Below, piece after piece: positions 11,486-25,650 of a stretch of DNA of 64,000 bases. Position 1 is the first letter of the stretch. Every line of letters starts with the position of its first letter. The DNA is taken from assembly GCF_006345805.1 (NCBI RefSeq), contig NC_042998.1, positions 95,294,001-95,358,000 of the forward strand. The letters are read 5' to 3'. Under the pieces are notes generated by a model. The model did not search any database and was not told the origin of the DNA. It worked only from the letters and a program-made list of their open reading frames with translations. The DNA is from Octopus sinensis (taxonomy: Eukaryota). The translations under genes and the position numbers were made by a program.

Positions 11486-12420
11486 ACTGAAGGCTCATCA
11501 ACTGTTTTGAGCAAGCATGTAGCGATTTTGGCTTAGTTATCAGCCTCAAGAAAACCAACATCATGGGTCAGGCTACATCGGACATCCCAAACATACATAT
11601 TGGAGATCACAGACTACAAGAGGTGGAGAAGTTTACCTTTCTTGGCTCTACCGTCACCTTATCTCTTGATGTTGAGCTGTGATGGTCCAACTCTCCAAAC
11701 GGGCATGGGATAACAATAAGCTGACCAAGACCACAAAAATAAAGATTTACCAGGCATGTGTACTTAGCACTCTACTGTATGGAAGTGAGACTTGGACGCC
11801 ATACATACGCCAAGAGCGTCGCCTAAATATCTTTCACCTGCGCTGTCTCCGGAAAATCCTAGGCATCAAGTGGCAGAATCATGTCCCCAACAAAAATGTC
11901 CTCAAGCAAGCAGGAATACCAAGCATGTTTGCACTCACACAAAGACGTATGAGATGGCTTGGACATGTTAGCCGTATGGAAGATGGCAGAATCTCCAAGG
12001 ACATACTCTACGGAGAGCTTGCTAGGGACACTAGGTCTGTGGGAAGACCGTTCTTACGATACAAGGATGTTTGCAAAAGGGACATGAAGGCCTGCAACAT
12101 CAATATTAGCAACTGGGAAGCAGTTGCCAGCAACCGCGGAGATTGGCGACGTACCGTAAAAGAGGGAACACAAAGGAGTGACAGAGAGGGAGAGAGGAAA
12201 AATGGAAAGACAAGAAAAGACGTCAACAAGAAACTATGACATTACAACCACCCAGGCAAAGTCTTAGCTATATTTGCGGCACCTGCCAGAGGGAATGTTT
12301 GTCCAGGATAGGACTACACAGCCACAGCAGGAAATGTATTAGGACATGAAATGTAAAAGCCGGACTAGATTATTTTATGCGCAACTTCATTGTCTCGAGA
12401 CAAAAAGGATGCCAACAACA
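11486..12420 (+). mobile_element. 5'-truncated RTE-clade LINE
   Basis: FGLVISLKKT, KIKIYQACVLSTLLYGSETW, FHLRCLRKILGIKWQ, RMRWLGHVSRMEDGR...ILYGEL...GRP, ending in a GATGCCAACAACA tail. Confidence 0.9.
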
Positions 12421-13741
12421 GTCTACTTGAGTTCCAACAATTAACAATTGTAATTTGAAGTTGAATGGTTAGCAGTAGAAAGGATGGCCAGATTTTCAAA
12501 AAAAAAAAAAAAATTGTGCAAAATATTGAGAAAAAGTATTTTTTCACAACACTCGTATCTCTGTGTTAACTTGAGCTACTACAAAAAGCTTCCAAATCTC
12601 GTAAAACACACCCTTTCATCAAAAGAAAGGCAGTTTTACAGTATTTCAGGAAAAAAAAAAAACTATGCGATGGATCTGCTATAGCAGAGGCAACTCTGGG
12701 CTAAACAAAACAATTCACATTGAAAGATTATCTAAATAATACTAATAAAGTTGGCGGTATATCTTCAAAATTTCATTCCCTGGTGAAACTCCATGTATTT
12801 TAAGATTGTTCAGGAAGAATTGTCCCCCTTTGCTAAAGGCTTCAAAATTGTGTTATCCGAGCTTGTTTTCTAGGTTATTTTAAAAAATTAGTGCAAAAAA
12901 CACTTATGTAGACGAAAGTTTACTGAACCTTGATACCTGTCAAAATCGGCAACAGTTTTCGAATCTATAAGGAACACACTGTGATATAAGAAAATCTTTC
13001 ACGGGGTAATTTTGGAAGTGTTTATAGGTATTGGAATTTATAATCTAAATACACAAACAGAAATTAGTATAAATTTCAGACTAATGTTTTAGTTATGCTA
13101 TCAAGATATAAATGTAAAGGAGATTCTAGGTTAGCCTTAATTAAGCAAGGTTTTGTATCAAGCGAGATAGTTAGTATTAAGCTGTATTAATGCATCAAGA
13201 TATCCAAGAAGACAATAGCTAGACTTAGTTTATTACCTCTCGGAGTCGATAAAAGTAAGTACTAGTGAAACACTGCGTTAGGAATTTAATGGATTGTAAC
13301 CCCACCCTAAATTATGGTCAGATACCAATACTAGAAAAATATACATAAATAAAATTGCCTTATTTTATAATTGAGACGACTAACTACATTCTTATCCTGG
13401 AAAATATCTTAGCAGGTAACTATGAAAAGCAGGTTTATTGACCTGTAAAACAATTTCGTACGCAATGTTGAGAATCTCTGGGTATAGGCAATCAAAGCTG
13501 TTTTAATTTACCATCCCAACATAAACGTTCTATAACTCACATTTTGCTGTGCAAATAAACCTCTGCGCAGAAGAGGAATAGGAATACATCGAAGCACCTT
13601 GCACTGTCTGACATTTCAAATACAATGTTCAATTTATGTCATCAACTAATCCTACATATCAATATCTGTGCAAATACGAGTCAGGAAATTGCTGTCACAC
13701 GATATTTGCCTGTACTTAAAGGAGTAAAAAATGCAGTGATA

Positions 13742-13774
<33 letters not shown>

Positions 13775-14099
13775 TGGACAGAAATGTCTAGCCTATGTTT
13801 TTATTACGGTAGACAGGATTTGACCAAGGCTACGGTTTGCATTTTATAATACATAAAATAAAGTTTCAAGTACAATAATGGAAATACGTCCGAATACTGG
13901 ATGGTAGGCCTGCATTGAAAATATGCAGTACTGTTTGATTTGAGAGGGTTTTAGTACCTATTTAATGAATGTGTAATTCTAGATTACAAAAATTAAGGAA
14001 TGTTATACCCGCTAATACCTTTATTTGCTATGTATCAGGAAAAATCTGTCCTTTAACACTGTTTAATTTCAATGTATTTCTATACAGTTGATATTTTAA

Positions 14100-14980
14100 C
14101 AAAATATAACTCTTTGTCGAATCAGGATTTGTATATTAGCGAGCTTTTTACTGAATGTGTGCGACCTGGAAGCAGAGACTATGCTGAAGCTTCTCCGCGG
14201 GTCCTTCAAGGTTGCTAATTTTTCACCGAAATCGCTGCAAACCAACGACGGCGAGAAACATGTATGGAGAGAGTTCCTGAAAACAGACATTCTGAGATTA
14301 ACTAAATGTTGTGGTTGCTACATGGCCTGGAGTATTGGACTCAACATAGGTGATGGAAGTGGAAAGTACATAGGTGATGGAGAGAGGAATGGAAATGAGC
14401 CAGCTCCAAAATGCAGATAGTATTGTAATAGAAAAAGCGGGAAGGCGACAGTACATGTAAACCAAGGACTGAAGCGTTAGTGTCATGCAAATTTAAGCAA
14501 CTTTCTCTGGACGCTGTCCAAGTTGTGTAGCAGCAGTACCGTTCTAGATTTGGTAGCAATACTTTATTGTAGCAGTCTCGAAGATGGGGAGATGTAGTCA
14601 GAAAGTTTTTTCTGAAGAGGAGGACCATTTGAGATGTAGTCTTTGCTTATCATATTAGCACTCACTAAACAAAATCCTGAAAATCAAGATTTGGCTGATA
14701 AAATTAGAAATTCATTACATTGCCGACTCAATTGGTTACTTAACATGCTAAGGTCAGAAGAGAGCTACCTAGCCAAGTTGAAATTTAGAGGTTGGTGTAA
14801 GATAACATGCAATAATTCAGAATTACATTGGAAATAATCTTGTTAAGATAAGACAAGCGACATGAAGTTAGAAGCATTCCAGAAATAACCATTTATTTAT
14901 GTAAAAAAAGCTTTTGTTCGCCTGAAATTAGATTGTTAGAACGCGAAGAAAACTCGGTGTAAAGCAACTCCAGGGAGGTC
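14100..14980 (+). mobile_element. Possible hAT transposase relic
   Basis: Broken frames give SRFGSNTLL and SYLAKLK...KLEAFQK, loosely like hAT transposase motifs. Many stops; weak. Confidence 0.3.
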
Positions 14981-15373
14981 GTGTGCACTTCAGATAATAT
15001 AATCAAAAGTTCCTTTCACAAGTCATTGAAGATTGAAATTTGCTTTCAAAAACATCGAGTCGTGACACTTTTGGAAAAAAAGTATAACAAATTTGGGCAA
15101 TTAAAGTTTTCACTGAATCCGTATTATTTCTATGGCATAAAATTGGGAACCACAAATAGAGTCTATAGCGAAGTGAAGTTTTTCTGAAAGCATTGGGAAA
15201 CAAAAAAAAAAAAAACCATTTTGTGAACGATATAATAGACTCGAACAAAATTTCCGTGCTTACATTTTTTTCTTTAGCAAATAAACCGAAACTGACAATC
15301 CAATAACTTATAGTTACAATTTTGTTGAAAATTTAGTTTCTTTAGAGACATTTTTAGTAGTTACGGTTTGTTG

Positions 15374-16111
15374 CTACTGCCATATTGAACTTTTGAAAGG
15401 ATTCAGACTGGGTTGATTTGTAAATTCCACGAGATATCTGTCGTAACAACGCGCTAACATAAGCGTCAAAATCTTTAGCAAGACAAAAGCAGCACAAAGG
15501 GCGCCGATGACAATTTGGTGTTCGTAGAGCCAGTGAAACAAAGCTTTATCACAGCCTGTCGCATGAACGTTGTTGGCCTCAACAGCATTAGTACCACAGT
15601 TATATTTATAAGAGATGCAACAGGAATTTGGTACAGAATTGTTCAAATAAGGCAACCACTCAGTGTAGTTCAAAATACCGCAGCAGTGCAAGTTGTTCTG
15701 TATAGTATTCCAAGTGTAAGCCGCAGAAATGCTCTCGTTATATTTCCTCTCCGCCACTTGCATAGTATGCACCACAATTTGGCGTACATAAGACTTTAGG
15801 GTAAGACCAACGAGTCCAATTAAAATTTCAGCAATAATAAGAATGACAAGAACGCAAGAATATACTGATAATAAAATGTATCTTTCTTTTACAACGATCA
15901 CTAGGCCAAAAATCGAAGTCATACATATTAAGAGGCCGAGGGAAATTATTAGTACAGCTGGTACACTTACGCTATCACGGAAAACTTGTGCATACTCATG
16001 GAAGGATACTTGCATGAGAGATCCAACTGCAATTAGCACCAACGAAACCACTAGAAAGAATGCGTTCAATAGAATTAATAAATATTTCGCTGAACACGAT
16101 CCCATCGACAT
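15374..16111 (-). CDS. Tetraspanin A, CD63-like, single coding exon (245 aa from MSMGSC; an in-frame ATG at 16177 would add 22 aa)
   Basis: Four hydrophobic segments, TM1 LLNAFF, TM3 AEI. Large loop has LHCCG, NYTEW, VPNSCC, CG and GC, with sequons NES, NYT, NNS. The ATG at 16111 is in GCGCCATG context. The ORF is uninterrupted. Confidence 0.93.
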   Translation of the reverse strand: MSMGSCSAKYLLILLNAFFLVVSLVLIAVGSLMQVSFHEYAQVFRDSVSVPAVLIISLGLLICMTSIFGLVIVVKERYILLSVYSCVLVILIIAEILIGLVGLTLKSYVRQIVVHTMQVAERKYNESISAAYTWNTIQNNLHCCGILNYTEWLPYLNNSVPNSCCISYKYNCGTNAVEANNVHATGCDKALFHWLYEHQIVIGALCAAFVLLKILTLMLARCYDRYLVEFTNQPSLNPFKSSIWQ

Positions 16112-16781
16112 GGCGCCTAGTTTTTTTTTTTTTTGATTTCTATGAACTGTGATTTTTTTAAAAACTCTTTTAAACATATTGGTAGTAATATTTTCTGTTG
16201 TTATGTAAATGAGATATGGTTTTTAAATAACTTTTGATAAATTCATCGATGATTTAAATTATCATTCTACAGTTCTTGATGTTTGGTTCGAGCCAGCAAA
16301 GACTCGAAACGATTAGTACTATAAAATGGCAATTCGCTGTTTATTATTTGCTGAAGAGACAAAATGGCTAAGAGCATAAAGGCTCCAAATTTGTAAATTG
16401 TGTGTCGTTAGTTCGTATTCCACAATAATTGCTGTTTAAAGTTTCAAGTACTTAAAATTAATGTTACCTTTACTTTAAAACGTCAAAAATACCAATTTTG
16501 AATCCTTCAAAAAAAAAAAAAAAAAACTCAGTATAAGTCTACCTGTGATTCACTAAAAAAGGATTTTAAAGCGATGCAGAGACACAAGTGATATACATGA
16601 AAATAACCCAAACTAGCATTCAGGAGCAAATTTTCATTCCTTTCAAATTTAAAATAAAATACAGAATTAAATTAAAATAGACCTTATGTCTACGAGAAGT
16701 CATTAAAAGATCGTTTAAGGCTAAGTTGTAGAACAAAGAAGCCTTGCATTAAATACTTTGTTAATAGTGGAGGGGCAGTAC

Positions 16782-16933
16782 CCCCCCCCCCCATTTCTTT
16801 ATTACCCACTAGGGGCCACATAGAGGGGACATTACAAACATTGGGGACATGGAACATCACAATTACATAGATATGAATAAAATGAATTTTGAAAATGATA
16901 TATGAAAGCGGTGCCAACGGCCCCATCCGCTAG
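16782..16933 (-). mobile_element. Short 5'-truncated retroposon tail with a 15-bp TSD
   Basis: GTGGAGGGGCAGTAC at 16767-16781 and 16934-16948. The tail on the minus strand reads GGCCCCTAGTGGGTAATAAAGAAAT. Confidence 0.75.
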
Positions 16934-17154
16934 GTGGAGGGGCAGTACCGGAAATGCAATGTTGTGACGAACGTCATGTGAAATAATCAGAACAGAAAAC
17001 TGAACCATGTTTGCAGATCCCGCTATACAAATCTTATCAGGAATATGTTTTATTTCTTTAAAAATTTCTTTTCACTTGTTACAGTTGCTTATATAATAGT
17101 GGCAGAGATTGTGAGTTTTATACATTTTGAAAGAACAATAATAGATTAAATGAA

Positions 17155-17405
17155 GGCGGCGAGCTGGCAGAAATGTTAGCGTGCTGGGTGAAATGCTTAG
17201 CAGTATTTCGTCTGTCTTTATGCTCTGAGTTCAAATTCCGCGGAGGTCGATTTTGCCTTTCATCTTTTCGGGGTCGATTAAATAAGTACCAGTTACGCAC
17301 TGGGGCCGATGTAATCGACTTAATCCCTTTGGCTGTCCTTGTTTGTCCCCTCTATGTTTAGACCCCTGTGGGCAATAAAGAAATTAATAATAGACTAAGT
17401 GATGG
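17155..17405 (+). mobile_element. Family II SINE, full length
   Basis: Head GGCGGCGAGCTGGCAGAA, B-box GAGTTCAAATTCC, tail GACCCCTGTGGGCAATAAAGAAAT. Confidence 0.85.
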
Positions 17406-18049
17406 GAAACAGCATTGAACCAGAACTGAAACCGAATCATTTTCTCTAATCGCCCCAGTTAAGTCTTACTGTCATTACAATCATCATAAAAAATGTCAAG
17501 TTTCCAAACTAGCAAGAACCATACAAGAACCATATAAGCAACTGTAACAAGTGAAAAGAATTTTTTTAAGAAATAAAACATATTCCTGATAAGGGAAATA
17601 TATTCTTGGCAAGCGAAGCCTCAAAGTCAGTTCCAATTCTCAGCTTAATCTTACTTATGTTATTAATGGTTTCAAATTTTGGCTCAACGAAAGAGAAGTC
17701 CATTGTATCGATTCCAGGACTTGACCGGTACATACTTTATCAACCCCCAAAAGAATGAAAATCAAAGTCGATCCCGGAGAGATTTGAACTCAGAACAGAC
17801 GAAATACCATTAAGCATTTTCTCTGGCATGCTAACGATTCGGCCAGATCTCCGCTTTTACTGTAATTTATCTGTAATTTCTTTGCTGACCTTTCTGACGA
17901 CTGGAATTCTATACTCCAGATTAAGATAATATAGTATTTTACATTCCACAAACCTTTTTTATCTTCATAAATGATTTCGTGGGTGAAATGTAAATACCAG
18001 GTTGGTGATTGATGTGAATAAGACCACCATAACCAATAATATGAAAGGG

Positions 18050-20350
18050 ATTCAGGGGAACAAGTATACTGCAGATTAACAAGGATCTTAGGTTCTCGGA
18101 TCTTAGGTAGAGGGGGGTCTGTACAAAAAATATATTGCAGTTTTCACCTAAAGCCGGTACTACCAGTAAGAAGCCTCCAACTTGTTCTGGGAGGTCTGGG
18201 GTGGAAGCACAAACAATGCGGGTTCCGGGATCCTGAAGTAGGTCCTAGAGGCTTGGAAATTAGAATGTCACGCAAGCCCTCACGTGCAAAGAGCAAGAAG
18301 TAGTGGAGGAGGCCAAATGCTACGGGCTAGATATAGTCAGTGTCTGCTCTACAAGGTTCTCTATCTCTAGTGCCGTAGATCTGGATGGAGGGTGGAAACT
18401 TTGCTATTCAGATGTTGTACCAGCCATGTCTGTATAAGCAGGAGTGAGGATATTCCCCAGCAACGGGCTGTAAGATTCTGTGATAGAATGGATCCCACTA
18501 GGTTAGGAGGGTTTGCCTCCTGAAGCTTAGGTTTAATGATGGCCCGCAGTTGCTGTTGCAAATATATACTCCAAACAGCGAGGTTAAATGCAAATCCCTT
18601 CTTGACGAGGTCACTGCAGCTTTAGATGTTGTTAAGACCGAGTCATTTGTTTAACGAGATTTCAATGGATATGTTAGCACCGATCACCAGATGTGAAAAG
18701 GGGTGACTGGGAGGAATAGCGACCCTGAACTCAATGCAAATGGAGACGCCTTATCAGACTTCTGTGCTGGAAATGGGCTCTCCAGTATGAACGCATTCTT
18801 CCGACACAGTGATGTCCATAAGTACACCGAGTATAGGGGTACTTTGAGACAGAGGTCTCTAATAGATTTTGTTATCGTCTCTGATTCTATGCTAAACGTT
18901 CGTCTCTAGAAGGGTGGAGCTATCAACTGATCACCACCCAACTGTCCGCAGCCTGAGATTATCTACAGCAGGGAGAATTCGCAAAACTGCTAAGTCCAGT
19001 GTGACTAGCTGGATAAAGTGGGAAGCCCTGGAGGATGATGAGATTAGAAGCGAATATGCTGACACTATTGCATCCATATTCAGAGATCTTTCTAAACAAA
19101 CTGAGAATGCCGAAACGGAGTGTAGACTGTTTTGTTCAGCAGTTTCCTCTTCAGCTGTAAAATGCTGCGGACGAAAGTGGTTCGGTGTGGCTCCAGGTGA
19201 CAAAAGAACACCCTCGTTTAACTACGGAGTTAAAAGTGCCCTCCAGGAAAAAAAGAAGGCTTACAAAGCTTGGATTGGAAATAAGTCTCTCTTTTTGCGC
19301 AGGCGGCACACTGAAGCATGAAAAGTTGAAGCAGGGACAGTAAAAATTTCCAAGGCTAAGTCATAGTAGGACTTTAGGAAGCTGGACTTCGTAAAAATAA
19401 GCCCTCTCCCACACCTGCTATTAAGAAACTTGGCTGGGGTCTCTCTACGGAGAAGAGCATCCTTAGGAGGTGGAGAAGGTACTTTGCTCATCCCCTAAAT
19501 TCGGTCACAATAAAAATATTCTGGTGGACACGAGGTACATCTAGGGGTAAAGTCGAACCTCCAGAGAGGCTGAAGTCAGAGAGGTGATTAAAGAGTTCAA
19601 ATGTAGAAAGACCATTGCAGAGGATGAAATTCGGCCTAAGATGTTAAAAAATTGAATAGAGAAGGCTGACGCTGGATGACTCGTGTCTGACAAGAGTCTT
19701 GGGCCTCTGGAAAAAAATCAAAGTAATGGCAATTCGGAGTGATAATCCCAATTTTTTAAAAAAAGGAGGCAAGAAAGATTGATCTGATTATAGAAGAATC
19801 TCCTTGTTGAGCATCCCAGTAAACTCCACAAGAAGTCTGGAAAAGAGAAATAGGGATATTGTCGAGCTTGATGAAGAATAGTATGGCTTCCGTTCTGGAC
19901 ACAACACAACCAACCAGATATTCACAGTACCCCAGGTCTTTGAGAAATCGTGGGAATATTGCCAAGTGGTGTACACTTGCTTTGCACTTGACCACGAACC
20001 GTGGGTCATGTTGTGGGACGGTTTGTTGGAGTTTAAGACTAATGGGCAACTTCTGGTTGCCGTGATGTCCGTATACGAATTCCCAGGTGTCTGTAAATTT
20101 CAAAAGCTTTCAACATTAGGGTTGGACCTTGGCAAGAGTGCGTATTGTTACCTCTCCTTTTCATAATTCTTATGAACTGGACTGACATGCGCAGCCTTTG
20201 TGGAAGTGGTATCCCAATCAATGGTTGTAGGATAGGTCGACTGATATTTGCAGACGACATGGTGCTACTTGGCTCATTAGAAGGTGATCTTCAGCATGCA
20301 CTGAATGAATTTGCTGCCGAATGCTGCAGGGCAGGGATGAGAATTAATAT
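18050..20350 (+). mobile_element. Decayed RTE-clade LINE (endonuclease plus RT)
   Basis: APE-type endonuclease remnants (DFNG, NANGDALSDFCAGNGL..MNAFFRH, RSLIDFVIVS, STDHH) and RT remnants (SPLLFIILMNW, LIFADDMVLL). Many stops and frameshifts. Confidence 0.85.
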
Positions 20351-22015
20351 TACGCATTTCCTTTTTTCTGAAGTTCGTTACTGATTCTCCAGCGACCAGG
20401 GAAAATCAAGAGGTCATCCACGGCCAACGAGTTCCATCAGCTGTTTATAGGGATCAAAACAGGGGTAAACGACAACTCATAATACAATAAACCAGTGATA
20501 CAATAAAATCAACTTCGAAATACAATCCCTTCTATGCAGGAATCCAAGATTTTCAGTCTAACTTGACTTCTAACAAGCAAACCACACATCCTATTTTTCT
20601 TTCAGATGCATTTATCCATCTTTAGCTATCCTGTGTACACTTTCTAGTGTAACCCTTCTGTCCAGGTTACACTAATTTCTGTAGCTTTACTCCAAAATGT
20701 AGTGCTTTCTCACCATTTATCTCTCCCATCAGCATTTCAGTAATGATGATTTTTCAATCACTCGTGCTCAAATTCTCTCTACCTATATCCCGAAATACTT
20801 TTACTGACTCTGCTATGGCCCATACCTTCTCCAATTACCATAAACTATTTAAACTAGGGACTTTCATGTAAGGACCCCTCTTGGTTTCGCATTCCTCGCA
20901 CAATTAGAATAGCAAACGATCTGGGATATGCACTAGTCTATCCCTAAACGTTTACTATTCTGAATTGTTTTTCTCCCCCCCCCCCAATCTAGTCTTTACC
21001 CCGAGATTTCTGTCTCTGCTACAATTAGATCGTCCAATTACTGATTATAGTGGCAACATACTACTTACTAACGCACAACACCCTAACAAAAGTAATGTTA
21101 TTGCACTTGAAATTAATGAAGAATTCGACTGAGTCTGGTATTTCGAATCAATTAATTCTGCTAGTTTTATATCGACAATTATCAGGAATTCCATTTGTAC
21201 CTCGCCTCATTAGAGGCCGCTGAACGTTTGACCTAAATCATACTTCTAGACGCGTCTCTTCATTTCTCTTACACAATCAAAACCCGCAACCCCACTAGTG
21301 ATTTACCACGATAAAATGGCATTTGTATTTGGCTATCACTTCGCACGAACTTGAAAATTCATGCTAAACCTTCGTTCACTCTCGCGTTACTGCTCCATAC
21401 AATAGTCCCTATGTGCGAAAGCTCCTCAAGCTACTTCAGCACAAGGTGATCCACCCCAGTAGCATACTCAAACAATGCAATTCAAAGTCAGCTCTCATTA
21501 TTCTCTATGATTCCTCATTGAAAAATAGCTGGGTTTGCGTTGAGTCAGATTTATTGAAAACTTCCTTGTCAATGTCATTCCTCAGCGGTCTTATCTTTAA
21601 GAGTTTCGTGGAAGCAACATTTTAATGCATTTGACGAGCAAAGCTTTCCACTGTGTCTGGAATGAGAATTTTTATAATTGACTTGCTCGTTGTCGTTTCA
21701 ATTCACCTTATTGATCGAGTGTTATCTATTATATTGTACTGTTGTAGCGTGTCAACGTGCCTTCTTTGATAAACATTCTGTAAACTCTGGTGCACCAAGT
21801 TACGAAAATGTTTCTCATACTCTTTTTTTTCTGTACATTAACCATCTGCTTATAATCATAATACACTGCTATAATTATAAAACCAATCACTCCTAAACCT
21901 TAACGTATGCATCATTCACATCAAACCTTATTTAGACTAAAATTTCTTATCACCAGTATGAGATAAATGTTATTTGTCTAGAAACTGCAGCTGCTGCTTA
22001 TAGTTTCTTATAGAG

Positions 22016-22246
22016 CAGCGGTTCTTAACCTATGGGTCGTTTGGGGTTTCTCGGATTGTGTAGGGGCGGGGTCACGGAGGGTTCGGAAGAACGTAATTTA
22101 TTTCATGTATGTGAAGTATTGCATTGCAGTCTCTCTCCTGTGACTCACATAGCGCCTTGCGTTCCAGAGCAATTACAAGATTTATTATAGGTGTCACACT
22201 GGAGAGTCTCAGGGAGTAAGACGATGAAAAAGGTTGAGAACCACAG
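22016..22246. mobile_element. hAT (Charlie-type) MITE
   Basis: CAGCGGTTCTTAACCT ... AGGTTGAGAACCACAG. Related ends occur at 2849, about 4745, 39188-39203 and 63060-63073. Confidence 0.6.
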
Positions 22247-23239
22247 AGTAAGAGAGAGAGAGAATATTTTAAAGGAGAGAACCGCTTTATGGTTTGTTTT
22301 ATAACCCTTATGTCGAGATCATTTTTCAAATATTTTCAATATTTCAGGTTTATAAATTTTACCGTTCTTTAAAGACTTTTACTGCAATTAAAGAAATATT
22401 TCAGTTGAACATTTGCTTTTACATACTAATGATGTTTTTTTGTTTTTTTTTACAGATTTGCATGTATGCTGCTTAATATCTGTCCCTACAGTTAAATTGT
22501 CTTAAGGAAATATTAATATTTAAAAAAATAATCTCTTAAAAATTAAATTAGCTGAGGGAAATCAATGACTATTTCCTTCCCCACCTCATTTCTCTGTGCC
22601 AAAAGTGCTTCACAGATGTATAATTTCTTCGAATCAACGTAGTAAGTTCTGAACTGAAGCGGTAACTCTTGAGTTCAGTGCATGCAATGATCTTTTTATT
22701 ATCAGTGACCATCCACCGAGTTGTGCTCAACTAATTATATTCTTCATAAAACGTTATATTCTTCATAAAACGTTCTTGTTTAATCTATTCATTTGTCAAC
22801 CAGTTCATTATACGACCAAACATTCACGATTTTCTCGTCCACTATTAACTGTAACAGCCCGAACTGAACACCAAAATTTTGTCATTACTGTTAAACAAAT
22901 TAAGCTATAAGCACTAGATCTCGTTTTAGACTATTTGATGTTACCAATTTGTTGTGTGAATTAAGTATGAAATTGCATGCGTGCACGAGATTAAAATCGA
23001 TTAAAACAGTTTTGTTATATTCCCAACTTAATGTTTTGAGTTGACCAAACTATAAAAGTTACTCATGATATAACCGAAAAGTGATGGGAAACAAATTTGT
23101 GAGTTTGTAATCAAAATCCAGATTATAAAAGGCTAAGTGGAACCTGAATACATTTCTTCTACAAGCACTAATAAAAAAAATGGAAGGTAGGAGACGATGA
23201 AAGTGATTTTAAGTTAACTTTCAGCTCAAGTTTGAACCA

Positions 23240-23990
23240 AATTCACGCTAAATAAGTCAAACATTTCAATTTTGTTATTAAGCTTATCTTCAGAGAAATT
23301 TTTAAAATCCAGTCTGGTACTATGCCTACTGTTAACGAAATCTGATGGTTGGGGACCAAAACAGAGTTCATGAATATAGAGATATTTACGTAGCTAAAAA
23401 AGGAATCCTGATAATACGAACTCACCCCCAATGTTTGCAAACTAATTCAGTTCCATTTGGTAAAAAGTATTTCAAATAAATGGAAACCAGTTTTTTCGAA
23501 GATTGTTTAGAAAAAAATGGTTTTAAAAATTTGCCATTTCAGAATATCAAGAAACATAATGAAAAGAATTAAGACTATTCTAACGAAATTAAACTCCTGT
23601 AAAACGTATTTTAAAATAGTAAACCGACACATACAAACACAAATTTACTGCCCACTCACTGAATGTCGAAGCTATATAGTAGAATGCCTTTTGATTAGAT
23701 CTGGCAATAGAAATTTTTACCGATAATCTGCAGATATCCAGAAACCAAATGTGTTTGTGTGTAGAAAGTTTCATTTGATCAAGTGCAAGTTTCCGAAATA
23801 AAATGTCAAATGGGAGTGGCAAAGAATGTTAAGTTTGCGTTTCAGATTTATATGAATCTGTTCAGAAAATGCAGGATATCCTTATACATACATTTTGATA
23901 AAGATTTTTTTTTTGTACATACGGTTTTATTTCTGATATCTCAAACGAATCACTGCTTAAATATCTTCGCAATCGTCCTATATGTAAATA
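23240..23990 (-). mobile_element. Probable Penelope-like relic
   Basis: Degenerate motifs QKAFYYIAS, ICVCMC and IVPDWILK resemble the linker and GIY-YIG region of Penelope-like elements. Heavily decayed. Confidence 0.35.
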
Positions 23991-24194
23991 TTGTCTGATC
24001 AAGAGGTATTTGAGCTGGTGACTTAATTTGACTCAGTTATTGTCACCGCTAACGATCAGATTCTAAATAATAAAAAGTGAGAAGCGTGACAATCAGTATT
24101 GATATGTGTCCCCCACTTACGTATATCTTTTGTTTAAACAGAACTATACTGCAGTAGACACCCTGAGAGAAAGTGCAAAATGCATTCTTGTTTA

Positions 24195-24652
24195 CCGTAA
24201 ATCCTCGAGTATAATCCGCATTTTATTCCCAAAATGTAAAGGCCAAAATCCTTAGTGCGTACTATATACGAGGTTAAAAATTAAAAATATTTTCTAAGCA
24301 ATGTCCGAGTTTCTATTTGCTGTCTGGCTATGTTTATTCAGACGCATTTTATGATGTCGGGCGCGAAAATACCTTAGGCTAAGCCTGAAAGCAATGAAGT
24401 CATAAAAGGATCATCCATAACTTGCAGTAAGCAACATTTATTAAACGTTATTACTGTTATTTATTTTCTGCAAACAAAATGCACAAAAAAGTTACGTTTG
24501 CATTGTTATACGTACAATAATAATAAAGGACGTTACTGTATACATTTTTACAAACCAAGGACGTTATATAGACCTCTTTGACTCAAGTTAGAGAAGGGGT
24601 GCGTATTATATAGAAGGTGTAGGTTGGGCGGACTATACTAGAGGATTTACGG
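24195..24652 (+). mobile_element. Tc2/pogo-like MITE with TA TSD, nested in another MITE
   Basis: TA|CCGTAAATCCTCGAGTATA ... TATACTAGAGGATTTACGG|TA. Confidence 0.88.
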
Positions 24653-24799
24653 TATATCGCTAGTGGAGGATATAGAGCCTGCTAGCGATATAAACACGAG
24701 TGCATTTTGCAGTTTCTCTCATGGTGTCTACTACAGTATAGCTTGTTCTAACAGAACATCCACGTGCAAGTGGGAATAAATATTTCCTCCATCAAGTAC

Positions 24800-25650
24800 G
24801 AGAAATACTTTGGATTCTTTAAAGATGTTCTTTGCGAGGTTCCATCTACTGCTGCAAATTGAAGACTTTCAAGTCACTTTATATGTATGGAATTCACTAA
24901 ACTAATAATCCATTTAAAGTTACTAGCTTCTTCCAGATACTTCCTTTTGCTCAATTTGCTTTTTTTATGGCAATAAGGGCGTAGATGCAATGCAACAATT
25001 ATTCCAGTTATGCTATAGATATTTTCCATATCTCGGCTACTGTTCTCATCCTGTTATCCAAACAAATCCATCTAAATCGTTAGAGAGTTTAACACGTCTA
25101 AAACTGTTGGCAAATATACCCAACAATTTATAAAAGTCTAGAAATTACATGAAACTGGTAAACTTTCGGAAGATTGTGTCATTCAGGCAAAAACCGACTC
25201 AGATGCATAGTGAAATTTGAGCTGGTACAAATCCTTTATTGAAGCCAAAATTATTACCGTTAGAAAAGTATTACGTTTCAAGTGTGCTCATGGCGGTAAA
25301 GCTAATTTTTTCGATTTTACAGACTGGAAAGTGAATAGAAATTTTACGAAATATCAAATTAGTCACGTGGAATTGAATTTAGACAGCCGAGCATGTGGGG
25401 ACTTTCCTAAGTACTAGTCGATAGCTGTCACAATAAGCATACTCAATTTGAGAGAAAAAAAAAAAAAAAATTTTCTAGCACAGTCGAGAAAGTAATCTAG
25501 TCGAGCAGGAACATTTGCCATACAAACCATTGTGGACATTAATTCATACGTTAAAGCGAATCAAAATTTTTATAAAGCGATTCACAAGATATTCATTTAT
25601 ATTTTAGGCGTGTCACTTCAACTATTAATCTTTTCCACGAAAAGCTTCAA
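24800..25650 (+). mobile_element. Probable Penelope-like relic
   Basis: NPLLKPKLLPLEKYY then FKCAHG resemble the start of a GIY-YIG domain. Many stops. Confidence 0.35.
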
